A DNA stretch of 63,872 nt, counting the filler, from Rhabdomonas costata (Eukaryota): assembly GCA_019059605.1 (NCBI GenBank). It is 18 parts of 18 records of this genome, joined end to end, with 100 filler letters (N's around TTAATTAATTAA, not from the genome) between each part and the next. Parts side by side here need not be neighbours in the genome. Positions count along the whole stretch, not along the records: positions 35,395 to 38,824 come from JAHMHO010000848.1; positions 38,925 to 42,359 come from JAHMHO010000849.1; positions 42,460 to 45,892 come from JAHMHO010000850.1; positions 45,993 to 49,424 come from JAHMHO010000851.1; 14 more parts are not named here. One strand, given 5' to 3'. Numbering within the stretch: the stretch's first letter is position 1; each line of letters begins with the position of its first letter. The notes under the pieces are model-generated. The model saw nothing but the letters and a program-made list of their open reading frames with translations, was not told where the DNA came from and did no database searches. A program made the translations under genes and the position numbers. Below are positions 35,421-47,402 of this stretch, one piece after another.

Positions 35421-38400
35421 ATGTCGGTATGGGCTGGAAGGGCTGCCTATCTGGATCCAGGTAGCCAGCCCTTCCAGCCCATACCGACATCCCCCAACTA
35501 CTTCGTCTCACCAGTGACCGTGACTCCGGCGGCGCCTCAAGTCACAGGTCAGCTTCTGCAAATCCATTTCCGCATCTGGGCCACGGGAGGGAGCAAGGGC
35601 AACGAGCAGCTTCGGGTTCCCGCGCAATGGGTTACGGGTTCTTTGCGATGGTCGCCCTTCCCGAATGAGGTCAGCGCGGTCGACTGTCCCATGCAGTCCC
35701 TGAACTATGTCTGCTCTTTGGCGGGTACAGTGGCCTTCATTCCCACTGCCGCAACGCACGTGTACCTGTTCTTGATTCCCAACACCACTGTTGTGGGAAG
35801 TTACCCTGCCATCTTCACCTTTTCCAGCGGCTACTTCCAAGATTCACGGTGGATCGCCAGTGCGGCGGATATCTTCATGCAGGGTCTTGTGGATCCCATT
35901 TCCAGCCCGGTGGTGGTCTCCCCTGACGCCGTGGTAAATGCCTCCAGCCAGGAAACGGTGGAATTGCGGTATACAGTGGCCTTCTCTGGACCAGCCTACA
36001 ATCCACAGGTTTGGGTCCCCAGTGGTGCCGTCTCTGCGGGCTCCCTGACCTGGTTGAGCTCCTACTCCTCCTCGCCCATTGACTGTCCGCAGAGCAATGA
36101 CGGAACCTACTTAATATGCTCCTACGGTGGAGTCATCCCCCTGCTGCCTTCTGCACCGATGCAATTGATCCTGCGCTTCACTCCCGCGCTAGCTTTAGCT
36201 GGGGCAATGCCTGCCTTGACTTGGACGGCAGATTCTTTCCTCCCCGTGCTGCACTATCCTCCGCTCTATCAAATTCCCAACTTTGTGCTGGACAATCTGG
36301 TGGTGGTGCAGCCTGGGACAACTACTCTGCCTGGAACGCCCGTTGTCGTAAACGTGGTGTACCATACAACATCGAATCCAACGGCCCCTAACGACAACTT
36401 TGACCTGCAGCTGCGCTTGCCTAGAACTGCTTTGCACGGTATTGTGGGCCTTCACTGGGGATATAGCTCCAACGTCGCTGAAGCGCAACCCTGCTTCGAG
36501 TACAATGAGTGGAACACAACTGTGCGCTACTCGGGGGAGGTGGTCTGCACCGAGTTGGTGTCCTCGCCCCAGCCCCTAGAGCTGTACCTGTTTTTTACTC
36601 CAAGCCTGCGTTGGGTGGGGCAAATCCCGTCTATGCGGCTCTCTGGCCCGTTGTTTGCAGACCTTCTTGTGTCTCCAGGGCTAACCCAGCTGGGGCTTTT
36701 TGACCACATTGTGCTGCGAAGCGGCAGTTTGACTGCCGGGAATCTTGGGATGCTGCACTTCTTCATTAACAGCACCGGGCCCTCCTCTGGAGGAGAAACA
36801 GTGCAGCTCATGCTCCGCACTGACCAGCAGGTGGGCTGGGGCTCCGTCCCGGACTTCACTAGGCAGGTCGCCAACTGTGTCCCGGGCGAATCAATTTGCG
36901 ACAGCGCGGGTTGCTTTGCAGTGCAGCGGTGTGATATCAGCTCGGTTATCTCGTTCACCCAACAAGGAGTTGAGCTGTTCATGTGGGTGGTACCCTCCAC
37001 TACCGTTTCTGGCAGTGTGATTGTGAGCTTTTCGGCCACGAACTTTCAGACAGGATCTTACAACATTTCCGTGCGTGGAGTCTTTTCCATGGTCTCTGAT
37101 GTTTCTATTCGGAATCTTGAGGACCGCGATATTGTGGTTCTTCCCGCCCATTTGCCGATCATGGTGAGTTTCTCTTTTGGCTCAAGCGCCCCTATCTTAG
37201 GTCCTGTCACGATTGTCATCCCAAGTAGTGTAGCCGAGCAGGTTACCTGGACTTCATCCATGACAGGCCAGTGGGCAACTTGTCCCTTCGACCCAGCTAG
37301 CTTGCTTCTCGTGTGCGACATATCCACTGGCTTCTTTTCGGGAAGCTTCTCCTTTGGCCAACTTCTGGTCTCCAGCCTTACTCAGCTTCAGCTCCAGATT
37401 GTGCCCAATGCCACCTTCTCTGGACTCATCGGAAATTCTCTGCAGATTCTTTCCCCGGGATATGCCCCAACCCCAGTGTATATCGGCTTCACTTCTCTGG
37501 CCTACCTGGACCCCCGGGACCCGTCACTTGTGCAACCTGACCCTGCCCAAGCCCAGGCGATGCTAACGATGCCCATCATTCGTCCCAGCACCCCCGTTGC
37601 TTCTGGGGAGCTTGTCCGCGCAGGATTCAGTCTCAACCTTACCTCCAGTTCTTCAGGCAGTGCCGTGGTGTACCTCAATGCAAGCCTGGTTTCCAACACC
37701 GTCAAGTGGGGGCGCACCAAGGACGGCGTGAGTTCGAAGTTCTGTCCCATCGTAGATATAAACGGTTCATATGTTGTGTGCGACTTGAGCGAGTTGCAGT
37801 TTGTAGCTTACGAGGCTCAGCCTGTCTGGCTGTTCTTCGTCCCAGCGGTACAGGAAGGCGTGGCATCGTTTACGGCTGTCTTTTCGGGACAAAACTGGCA
37901 GCCCAGTGTAAGCGAGTTCAGCTTCGTGGTCTTCGGTGACATTCAGCCTGAAGTTCAGCCGGTGCATGTATTTCCTCAAACAGTCATTGCCGGCTTGCAC
38001 CAACTCGTCGCTGTTGAGCTTCTCGTGGCGGCAAGTGGCTTCACGTTCGGAAACGAGACCATTTCGATGGCAAGCTACGCGGTTTGGAACGACAATTTCT
38101 ACTTCGGTGGCCTTTCCTCAGACTTCCAGCTGGCGACCTTGTGTGCCCCTGGGTCGCCCACGATGCTCTCGTGCAGCTTGAATATGACGTTATCACCCTC
38201 ACCCGTTCCTGTGTACGTCTTCTTTGTTCCCAGTGAGTCTGTTGTCGGAATGTACACGTTCCCAATCTACTTTTCGGCCAACGGATTTTTCACCGGTGTC
38301 GCCGTGCCTAACGTCGTGGTTTTGGGGACCACTATTGTCAATGCACTGGTTTCGGTGCTGGTGCGGCCGTTCCAGCAGGCGACTGTGGGCCTCTCTGTCC

Positions 38401-38824
38401 AATCCTTGGGAACCTCAAGCGGGGGAGAGGCTTTGCTAGTGAACTCCCAGTTCATCAACGCCACCACTGGAGTCTCCTGGTCTCTTCACAACAGCTCAGC
38501 TTACGCCCGAAGCCGTTGCCCCCTTCGAAGGCAACCAGGCTTGTTTGTGTGTAACTTGTCCGTGCTGCATCTGAGTCCCACGCCCTTGGCCGTGTACCTA
38601 TTCCTCACTCCCATGCACCAATTCGTAGGCCCTGTTCCCATCTTGGTCCGTACACTGGCGAGTCAGTTTGAAGACACGGTGACGTCCGTGAATGTCACTG
38701 TGGTGAGCGCTCTGCAGCAAATCTCTCCTGCACCTGTGTTCACTGGCGCTGTCCTCCCTGTGGTGCAGACCCTTGTGCCCACCCTTCAGCTTATCACCAC
38801 CAACATCAACCAACACAACCCACA
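35421..38824 (+). CDS. Large intronless protein of 8 tandem 125-145-aa beta-rich repeats (probable surface or secreted protein), partial, probably truncated at both ends
   Basis: The ORF of >1130 codons fills the contig. Repeats share a degenerate V.P...G...W...C(P)...C.L...P..(L/V)YLF..P...G pattern. Very low Lys content and many NxS/T sequons. Confidence 0.85.
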
Positions 38825-38924
38825 NNNNNNNNNNNNNNNNNNNNNNNNNNNNNNNNNNNNNNNNNNNNTTAATTAATTAANNNNNNNNNNNNNNNNNNNN
38901 NNNNNNNNNNNNNNNNNNNNNNNN

Positions 38925-39104
38925 TCCCTCTAAGATCCCTCCGGAAGCAGAATATACTCTCTTACCACAGGCCCTGGCAGAGCACCTCAACCCAGCCTTA
39001 CCTCTGTGAGTGTTCGGCTTCATGTCAGCCCCACAAGCAGGACATTCACTGCATCCAAGGGCAATCTTAAACTTTTCCATCCCTTTTCTTCGTTCGAAGG
39101 TCAT
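38925..39104 (-). mobile_element. Merlin/IS1595-like DDE transposase, N-terminal zinc-ribbon fragment
   Basis: CPACGADM...LRCSARACGKRVYSASGGILEG fits the CxxC...RC....C.K..S...G..F/LEG(S) ribbon that precedes ISXO2-like transposases. Truncated by the contig end. Confidence 0.55.
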
Positions 39105-39849
39105 AAAGCGATAGCATCTCAAATAAACACATAAAATGGAAGCGTGGTACACAACGAAAGTAACGCCGAATTTTTTCGCTTCCAGTTCACATTCTTTACT
39201 TTCACACCGTCAGACACCCCTGATTACCCCTTTCGGGAAAAAAGATCACAACCCATTGATGGTGTTGCCATCAGCCGCTCTGAAGACGCGGGCGTGGCAA
39301 CCCATGCGATGAAAGAAATCGTGCTTCAACTAAAAGCCCTCTGAAAGCCACGTCAACGGCACCTGATCTCACATTTCACCAGTTTCCGAGGTAGCAATGA
39401 TTTATATCAATTTTATAGCAATTTTCACAGTGTTCAATTCACAGGCCCACATGTTGCGGCTGTCTGCAAGCAGCCATATTCACCCGATGCCCGATGCGGA
39501 ACAAGGGCGGGGAAGGGGAGTATGGACATAAATACAAAGCCGGAGCCGGATCACCCCAGGACAGCATAGTAGCTTTTCAGGAAGCCGCCATCAAAACCAG
39601 CAGGCTGGAACCAACTTGCTGGCGAACCGCTTGACACCCAAGCCACAGAGCCGTGAGGCTCGTGAACAAACACGTCCTGGTGCGCTCCTGAGCTCACTCC
39701 GCTAGCGGCTCGTGCCGGGCTCATAGAGGGGATTGAAGCTCCCAGTTGATGTTCGTCACTGCTCCCAGATGCGCCGAAGGAAGGACCTGCACACGCGAAG
39801 GCGGACGCGGATGGCCACAGGAAAGAGGGTCCGGAGACCCCACAAGAGC

Positions 39850-41780
39850 TCCGAAAGGGGCCCGTTTACACCCCTGGGACAGCATCACATTCAGCTCATC
39901 TGTGCGCAAGATGCCCTCGTTGCACCACATCCTCAGAACGGGAAGAAACCTGCTTCTGTCCTCCTTCCTTTCCTCTTGCAAGGGGGGAAAACGCTTCCTA
40001 ATCTCGAAAAAGGTCACGACGGTGCTTTGCTCCACTTTACCTCTGGAGGGTGGACGAGGGACGAGCGAGGCATTCACGGCTTCAAACAGAGATGCTGCGC
40101 GCTCGTCGGTCAGGGTTTGGTTGAACGTCAGGAGAGAGAGAAGGGGCTTGAGGAAGTCAGGGTCGTGCTTCAGTTGATTCAAGCCTTCAGCCGTCGGCTG
40201 CGACGGTGTTGTACAAGAGCGCTCTTGGGCCCATTTCGCATTCCGGGGGGAGGGAACGAACCCTCTTCGAGACCACACAGGGTCCCCGTTCAGTGTGTTC
40301 TGTCATTCTGGAAGCGTAGTACAAGAAGCAAGAGTGGGAAAAGAGTGAGAAGAGTGGGGAGATGGGAAATCGCTGACTGTGGTTTGCACCTGGAATTGTC
40401 ACAGTGAGTGGGGCTAGGCACAGTACATGGACTCAGATTCGCGATTTCCACCATTCTTGGTCCACCGTGAACACTGAACACGAGGTGCTTGTTCTTTACG
40501 ACGGCGACTGCTTTTTTCACTTGCGAAAGCATCAGCAGTATGCAGGCAGTCCTTTGGTGTCGTTCCTGCCTCTAGCTGCATTGTGGCCCTCAAGGCGCTG
40601 GGCCTCATTTCATGCGCGTTGTGTCCCATGCCCCATTATACCCATTATCCATAAGTTGGAGAGGTAGTGGGACGGGATCGTCGTGTGGTGGTGGGGGAAT
40701 CACAAGTTCGATTTTCCACGATTTTCCACGCCCATGACGTCCGTTCACCACGGTGATTAGAGGCCAGGGGCGGGTTCTACGGAAACTCTTCCATTGGTCA
40801 TCGGCAAGCCAACACAGTGGGGCGACAGTTCGCCAACACTCTTGGACAGTGACAGTATGTGGTGCCACCAGACCGCAGATCTGAGTGAATCACTGTGCAA
40901 ATGCAGGGGTGAACTAAACAACAGCACCATTGAGATCAGCCCAATGGTTGATGAAGCTGGCTGGGCGGTGCAGGGAGATGGGGTCCACCATGTTGACCTC
41001 CCTGTGGTAAAGAAATCTCCCCAAGAAGGCCGCATCTAACCCACAGCGAGACCAACCTCACTCCAGGGACACCGCTCCACCCCCCCTCTTATGACTCGAG
41101 ACATGACCCCACCCCCCGATGTTTGGCGGATAAAGGGCCCTTAACCCGCAAGAATACGGCTGATCCTCAAGGACTGTGTATACAGCGTACCCTGAAGTCT
41201 GAGGGAATGTCAGGTCGAAAAATGCATTGGACGGAAACGGCTTCAGCGAAGAAGTCGGCACAAAGAAAAATCCCCAGTTGTCCAGAATCCATACAATGCC
41301 TACAGCGATAGTCGCATGCATATGCAGAACGCACTCCTCAGCAAAGTCGGTCCCTGAGGCACCCGAAGCTGACGAGAGTTATTAAGCGAGATTCTTTCTT
41401 GGCTCACCACCGAGACATTCTTCTTCTCTTCGGATTTCTTCACGGCACTGGCTAACACCAATTAATTTCCCCTTTTATATGTACACATTCCTACCACTGC
41501 ACCACAGGGCCGTATACCGCAGTGTTCAGGTGGTTCGCGCAGTGTGCCAGGGCCTTTGCCTGTACTGCGGTGAGGCCCTTGGCGCAGCACGGCAGGCCCC
41601 TCTCCAGCGCCCGCATGGTCTCCAGGGAGGCCTCGAAGAACACCACCGCAGAGCTAGCCCCGGGCACCGCGGCGTCCCGCAGGGCCTCAGTGATCCCCCG
41701 AGTCTCCTGCAGGAATTCCCGTAGAGCAGTGGCGGCCTCACCGAGCTCCTTCGCGGTGAGCTTCCGGGCTGCCGAGAGGT
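39850..41780 (-). CDS. Unknown multi-exon protein, partial (approximate limits)
   Basis: Coding-like blocks flanked by AG/GT: ARKLTAKELGEAATALREFLQ..., TSGYAVYTVLEDQ, DAAFLGRFLYHREVNMVDP, VKKAVAVVKNK and LKHDPDFLKPLLSLL...LRMWCNEGIL. Confidence 0.4.
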
Positions 41781-43784
41781 ACATTCATACCACACCAATG
41801 CCGAAGGCACAGATATGTTTGCACAGCTTGTGAAGGGCACGAGATGCAGGGAATGGCGTGGAAATCGTAAGGGCAGCTCTTTTGGTAACGGTGAACGACA
41901 AGCAAGGGTGGAGTTTGCGATCGGGTCATCACGCCGCATTCTGAACTGGCGGCTCTACTGGAGTCCAACACACCGCGCGTAATTCAGCGTTCACCTGATG
42001 CCTTTTCTTTGTATGTCGAGTCTGAAAAAGACCCCATGGACCCAGAGGGGAGCAATATGCGCGCAAGGCTTGAAAAACCGGCAACATTCGCACAAAAAAC
42101 GTCGCCGTGTTTCAGAGAGGCTTCTCACGGCAAGGCACTGCGGGTTGGCTTTGCACTGAGGAGGACACCCTTCTTGCTGGGATCCCTAAGTCAAAGAAGA
42201 ACACTGTGGGTGGGGCCTAACCATTTAATCCCCCCCCCCTCGTCAGCTTTTCTTCAAATATGAGCGGTATGCGGGGCCATTCTTCTCACGTGAAGCACGG
42301 GGGGAGGAAACGTAGCACACTTTTAGCAACCAAAACACAGCAAACATATACAACAACAANNNNNNNNNNNNNNNNNNNNNNNNNNNNNNNNNNNNNNNNN
42401 NNNTTAATTAATTAANNNNNNNNNNNNNNNNNNNNNNNNNNNNNNNNNNNNNNNNNNNNCACATCGCCGCGATTGTACTGAATTTAACTCGGTGCCCAAT
42501 GTGTGTTCAGTTTGGCTCTTTCTCCTGGCTGCTTCCTTTTAACGACTTTAGCCCCCTTCTTTTCACTACCACTGCGTTCTGTCAGCTTTGCTCGTTGGCA
42601 CTGCTTTTTGCCGTGACTGAGGGGTAGCAGAAGTGACTTCTGACATGGAGTGAAAGAGATCGGGGCGATGGTCTGTGGACTATGTGGGCGTGCCGACGGC
42701 CTGGACTCCGGGCAGTGGAGCTCCACCGGGGGTCTTTCGCAAGCTTTAGTGGAGGAGTACCTGAGGTGGCTCCAAGGGATTCCTCCAAGCGATCCCGGCC
42801 GCAAGCGTTGCCTGGATTGCTGGATGCGGATGCGTGCCTTTCAGGGTTTGTCTCTCTTTTTGCACTGCTTTCCACATCTGCCGCACTCCCCTCCCCCTCA
42901 TCTTCCGTCACGTCAGGAACACAGGTACGATACTGGGCTGACTAAAATGACATAATAACGAGAAGAACCGCACCATGAGGTTTTACCAAGGGCCGTTTTT
43001 CGGACTGACCATTCACCATACACACAAAGAAATGAAGCCAAAACTCCTGCACCAAACATCGGAGTAGATGCCGAAAAGTCGAGCAGGAAGTAACATTCCG
43101 TCACCAGGCGATCAGGATGTGAGTCAACAATTTTTTGTTTTAATTTAATTTAAGGGTGAGACCGACGGACAACCGATAACAAAAGGAGGACGGAAAATAT
43201 GCACCACAGGGAAGATCTCCCTGAACTGTGTTCTCTGACCATACCTTCAGCGCTACAGGCTCCCAAACAGTGCTCCTCCCAAACAATGATCACTCCAACG
43301 CCCAATGAGAGTCAAGAAGCACTTGCTTGTGCCCTGGATAAGTTCATCGGCCGCCGGTAGTTAGTCCCGTTTCCTAAGGTTTCGAAAACTACGAGCTCTG
43401 TTCTTTTTATGGGTTTTTGGTGGATATGCTCTGTCGTCGCTTTTACTGCTTTTAGGCTACGCGGCCAGTGCGGATGCCACGATGCTAGCTGACCATCTTC
43501 GTGGCTTTGGCATCTCAGACTCCTCCAGCTGAGCCCAATCGTTGCTCCGTAGAACAAGCCCAATCGGTGTGCCGTTGTTGTGGAAGTGGGTCTGATACAC
43601 CCATATAGTTTTCCCCCAGACTGTCCTTTGTGCCACCTCACTCCTGTTTCGCGCAACACACACACATCAGATGGTAACACACGTGCTGCGCTGCCGGAGT
43701 CTTCCTCGGGGTTAATTGCTCCTCTTCGTTCTCCAGTTCTTCTGCACCGTTTTCTTTTCATGGTTTACCCCTCCGCTGTTTCAG

Positions 43785-44824
43785 GGACGTTGTTACTACG
43801 AAGCCCAAGAGCAGCCGCAACTCCAGGTGTCATAAGCTACTATGTGCCTTGATGTTGACAATGTTGGACCTCTAATCATTGGTGCTCGTTGGATCACTCT
43901 AATAGCTTTTGGTTAACTGTGCTCTTAATACGAACCACCAGTTTATCATTCATCATGACATTGTTTGACGAGAAAATGGCTACCAGATTATGTTATGGTT
44001 GTTTGTGGCATGGCGCCCTTTACCATGTGAACATTTCAGCATTTCTGCTCGCAATTTTAGGATCAGTCTTCCGATTACTGGTTTCAGCAGCTTCTTTGGG
44101 TTGCTCCCACACACTTCAGGCCCCTGATCGTCGTTTGAAATACGTAAGGTGAGGAAGAAGGTTGACCAGAGGTCGATTCTCTCCTTCATTTTTGTGTGAA
44201 CATCCTTTTTCTTTTCAATAGCACTGAGGCTTTTGTCGTGGCGCAGCACTACGACCCCCCGCAGGGGTACGTACCAGTGATGGGCTTTCTGCCCTCCACT
44301 GCCAAGCCGGAGGCTTGCGGAGACTGTGCGGATGGTGGCTCGGTTTGTTCTGCGATTGTTCCATTCGTGGCCTGTGGGGACCTCAGTGGCTTCGACACGG
44401 AGCAGAGCTACGAGGTAGCTGCCCAGCACTCCGCACATACACATACACACACCTCTGACCAAAGAGTGTTTTTTGGCTGTAAGTTTAGTTAAGAAGCCAA
44501 AGAAGAAGTCTTTCAGATGTGGTACTGGTTTTCTGAATGAAATAAGAAAATATGGCCGAGCACAATTCGTTCGCACAGCACAGGTGTCTTCTGTTAGATG
44601 GTGGTTTTGTGCTTCGAATTGATTGACAGGTTGAGGTTGGGTGGGATTTTGTTTTTGATCTTTCTTTGTTGATCTTTCTTTGTGGCTAGCTGGAGGACGG
44701 CTACCAGCCCCTGGACCCTGTGCAGCCGCCCGTGAACCCGCCATATAAGGCCTACATCAGCCGAATGAGAGCTGAGGCCTGGGGCTTGGATCCACTGGAC
44801 AAGCAATCTGAGTCAAAAAGGTGA
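43785..44824 (+). CDS. TRM7: tRNA (C32/G34)-2'-O-methyltransferase Trm7/FTSJ1, 3' exons 43785-43826, 44222-44414, 44690-44824
   Basis: KPKSSRNS|STEAFVV, IVPFVACGDLSGFDTEQSY and PVQPPVNPPY are hallmark FTSJ1 C-terminal motifs. GT-AG introns, TGA stop. Confidence 0.88.
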
Positions 44825-45424
44825 AGGTGGACCGACGATTTTTCCGATGAGTTACGTGATCTCTGCTGGTTAAACTTTGGAGCTGTATGTACAATGCAGC
44901 GGTTATGTGGAGTGACGGCATAGCATGTTCGATTTGGGATTTGGGATGAGAGAAGTATCATATAAGCAAAACACCGATAAACATTTAGTTCCTTCAGTTC
45001 CACGAATCCAAGTCAGTCTCTGTCTCAAGGTTTCCGTCGTTCCGTCGTTGTCGTCCGGACCTTCCAGCAGCAACCTTCCACGCACTAATGCGTCGTTACT
45101 TAACCCGGTACTTGGCCGTGGTGAACGGTTTTGCGCACACAAAGTTGGTACGACTTTGGCGTCCCTGTTGCTTCGCTTTTCTTTGGTTGGGTCCCCCGGT
45201 ATCATCGGGAATGCTGATTTTATCGATTTTATCCCTGCAATTTTTGATGATTGATTTTGACAATTGCAAGCCTGACGGCCTTCGGCGGTCGCACCATTCG
45301 TGCCATTGCAAAGCAGAATTGACCCCGTTCATCGGGCCCAGCTGCGGCGAAGCAGCCGGAGCAATCATTTCTAGTGTGCTTCCGCCGTCGAACCCCCGGA
45401 CGCTTATACAGCGAGGTGGTGGAC

Positions 45425-45850
45425 CCCGAGGTGGTGGAGGTCCCAACCCCCCGGTCAATTTTCGTGTCTTTATTTAAGTTCTGGCGCAGGTAGGATACGT
45501 TTTTTGAAGTCCTTATTGGTCCGAGGGTTTTAGAGGTCTTGGGGTTAGGGGTTCGATTTCGAGGTTTTAGGCATTCGGGTTCTGAGTCGCGTCTTTGGGT
45601 TCGGGGTTATGGGTTCAGGTATTCGGCCTTCTGTCTTTGGGTTCGGGGTTCTGGCCTTCTGTCTTCGGGGTTCTGGCTTTCTGCCTTCGGGGTTCTGTCT
45701 TCTGGCCTTTCGGTCTTCGGGGTTCTACTTCTAGGGGGTATACGACCGAGTAATACGAGGGAGTATGCGACCGGCTATTCCTCTGAAGGGGCCCCAAGAA
45801 TACGAGGGTACCCGTAGATGCAGGTAGGGTCCATCTATCTGCATCTCTCA
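45425..45850 (+). repeat. Dispersed repeat copy 1, with internal ~22-bp tandem units and a terminal hairpin
   Basis: CCCGAGGTGGTGGAGGTC...TTTTCGTGTC...TATTTAAGTTC...GTAGGATA is shared with 54669-54753. GGGGTTCTGGCCTTCTGTCTTC-like units lie at about 45600-45725, and an AGATGCAG/CTGCATCT hairpin at 45816-45846. Confidence 0.7.
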
Positions 45851-47402
45851 TGCACCCACCATCTTGGCATCCGGTACCCCTCCACCCCACAANNNNNNNN
45901 NNNNNNNNNNNNNNNNNNNNNNNNNNNNNNNNNNNNTTAATTAATTAANNNNNNNNNNNNNNNNNNNNNNNNNNNNNNNNNNNNNNNNNNNNGTTGCGTT
46001 GGCGGGGGGATGCCAAGCCCCCCTAAAACAGCAAAAAGAATCAGCACCTCGACAAGTCGAAAAAATTATTACACTCAGTAATAAACTTATGATTATATTA
46101 ATCAATATAATCAAGGTCATAACCTTGGTTTGTTCTTGGTTTTTATCAATCCTCCCTCCAGGGAAGAGAACCGGTTTTTTGTTTGCTGAGCTTGGCTTGG
46201 CAAGATTTATATGTATGCTATATGTAATATATTCTTCTCTTTGTTGGTTGTTTCTTGTGTTCCGTGTTGCGTGCTGCTCGTCCTCAGCGGGCGGGCTCTC
46301 TTGTCAAAAGGTTGTGTGTTGCGCCTCGGTCTCGGATAGGAGGGACCGCTTTTGCGAATTTCCAAAGTCTTCTCCGGATGAACCAGCCTGTGTGTTACTC
46401 CAACTACAATTTGCTAGTTTTGCGAGTGGAGAGCTGGGTGATCTGGGTGTTCGTTGCTATGTACACACTGCTCGAGGGGCCTTCTTTTTGTCCCCTTCTT
46501 AGCCACCTCCTCTGTCTCCTTCCAGCTTCACTCATATTTTGTCTTTTGCATCCCCTTCACATCTCATCTTCTTGCGTTCCTTCTTGTAGATTGTCTGTTC
46601 ATTGCTGAACTCCAGCTGCTGCGGCAACTCCTGTGCCTGTGCCGCGGTGAAGTAAAGAAGTAAAGAGTTTTTTGATATTTTTGTCCGAAAATTTCCATTT
46701 TGCCCAGGGGCAGAAAGAAGCAACCACGGACACGAATGTGCAGCGCACAGCCGAAAGGCAGCGCACACAGGGTTTTTTCTGTGATGCACGGGGAGGGCGG
46801 CAGGGATACGTTAGGTGTTATTTGCCAAGATATGTAACGGGAGTGGTCGGATGGTTGCAGTGGCTGCAGTGGGAAGGAATCGGAGGTCTCAAGGCTAGAA
46901 GCCCCGGTGTGTCAGCAAGGAGGTGCGGGCTTGGTCATAAGCGTCGTGCAGCGGGTCAGCGAGGCTTGTTTGTGAGACTTGACCTGACGTTGTTGACCTC
47001 TGGTCTCCCAGAAGAGCGTCCTCAAAGGAACAAAGTTTATAGAAAAACCCGTATTTTTTGTTTTTATGAAGAAAAAAGACGGTTTTTTACAGCCCTGCAT
47101 GCAACCCTGTTTTGCTGTGCTTGGTGCGCTCGAGCTGCAATGTTGTGCTTAATTAGTTGGCAATGTACAGGTGGTCTGAATATACAAGTGCCAGTGTGTT
47201 TGGGTTAACAATTAACAATGGTCACGTTTTTGTTCCCTTTGCCAAACTTTTCTTTCCTTTTCCTTTTCGCCATCCTACGTGGCTTTTCGTGCCGTTCTTT
47301 TTATCCCATAGGTCACAAGCATAGGAAATCGAGACAGAATGCCCCAAGTTATCAGTCATATCATATGAGTTGGGAGATGTTGGGTTTTTTGTGGCTCTAC
47401 AG

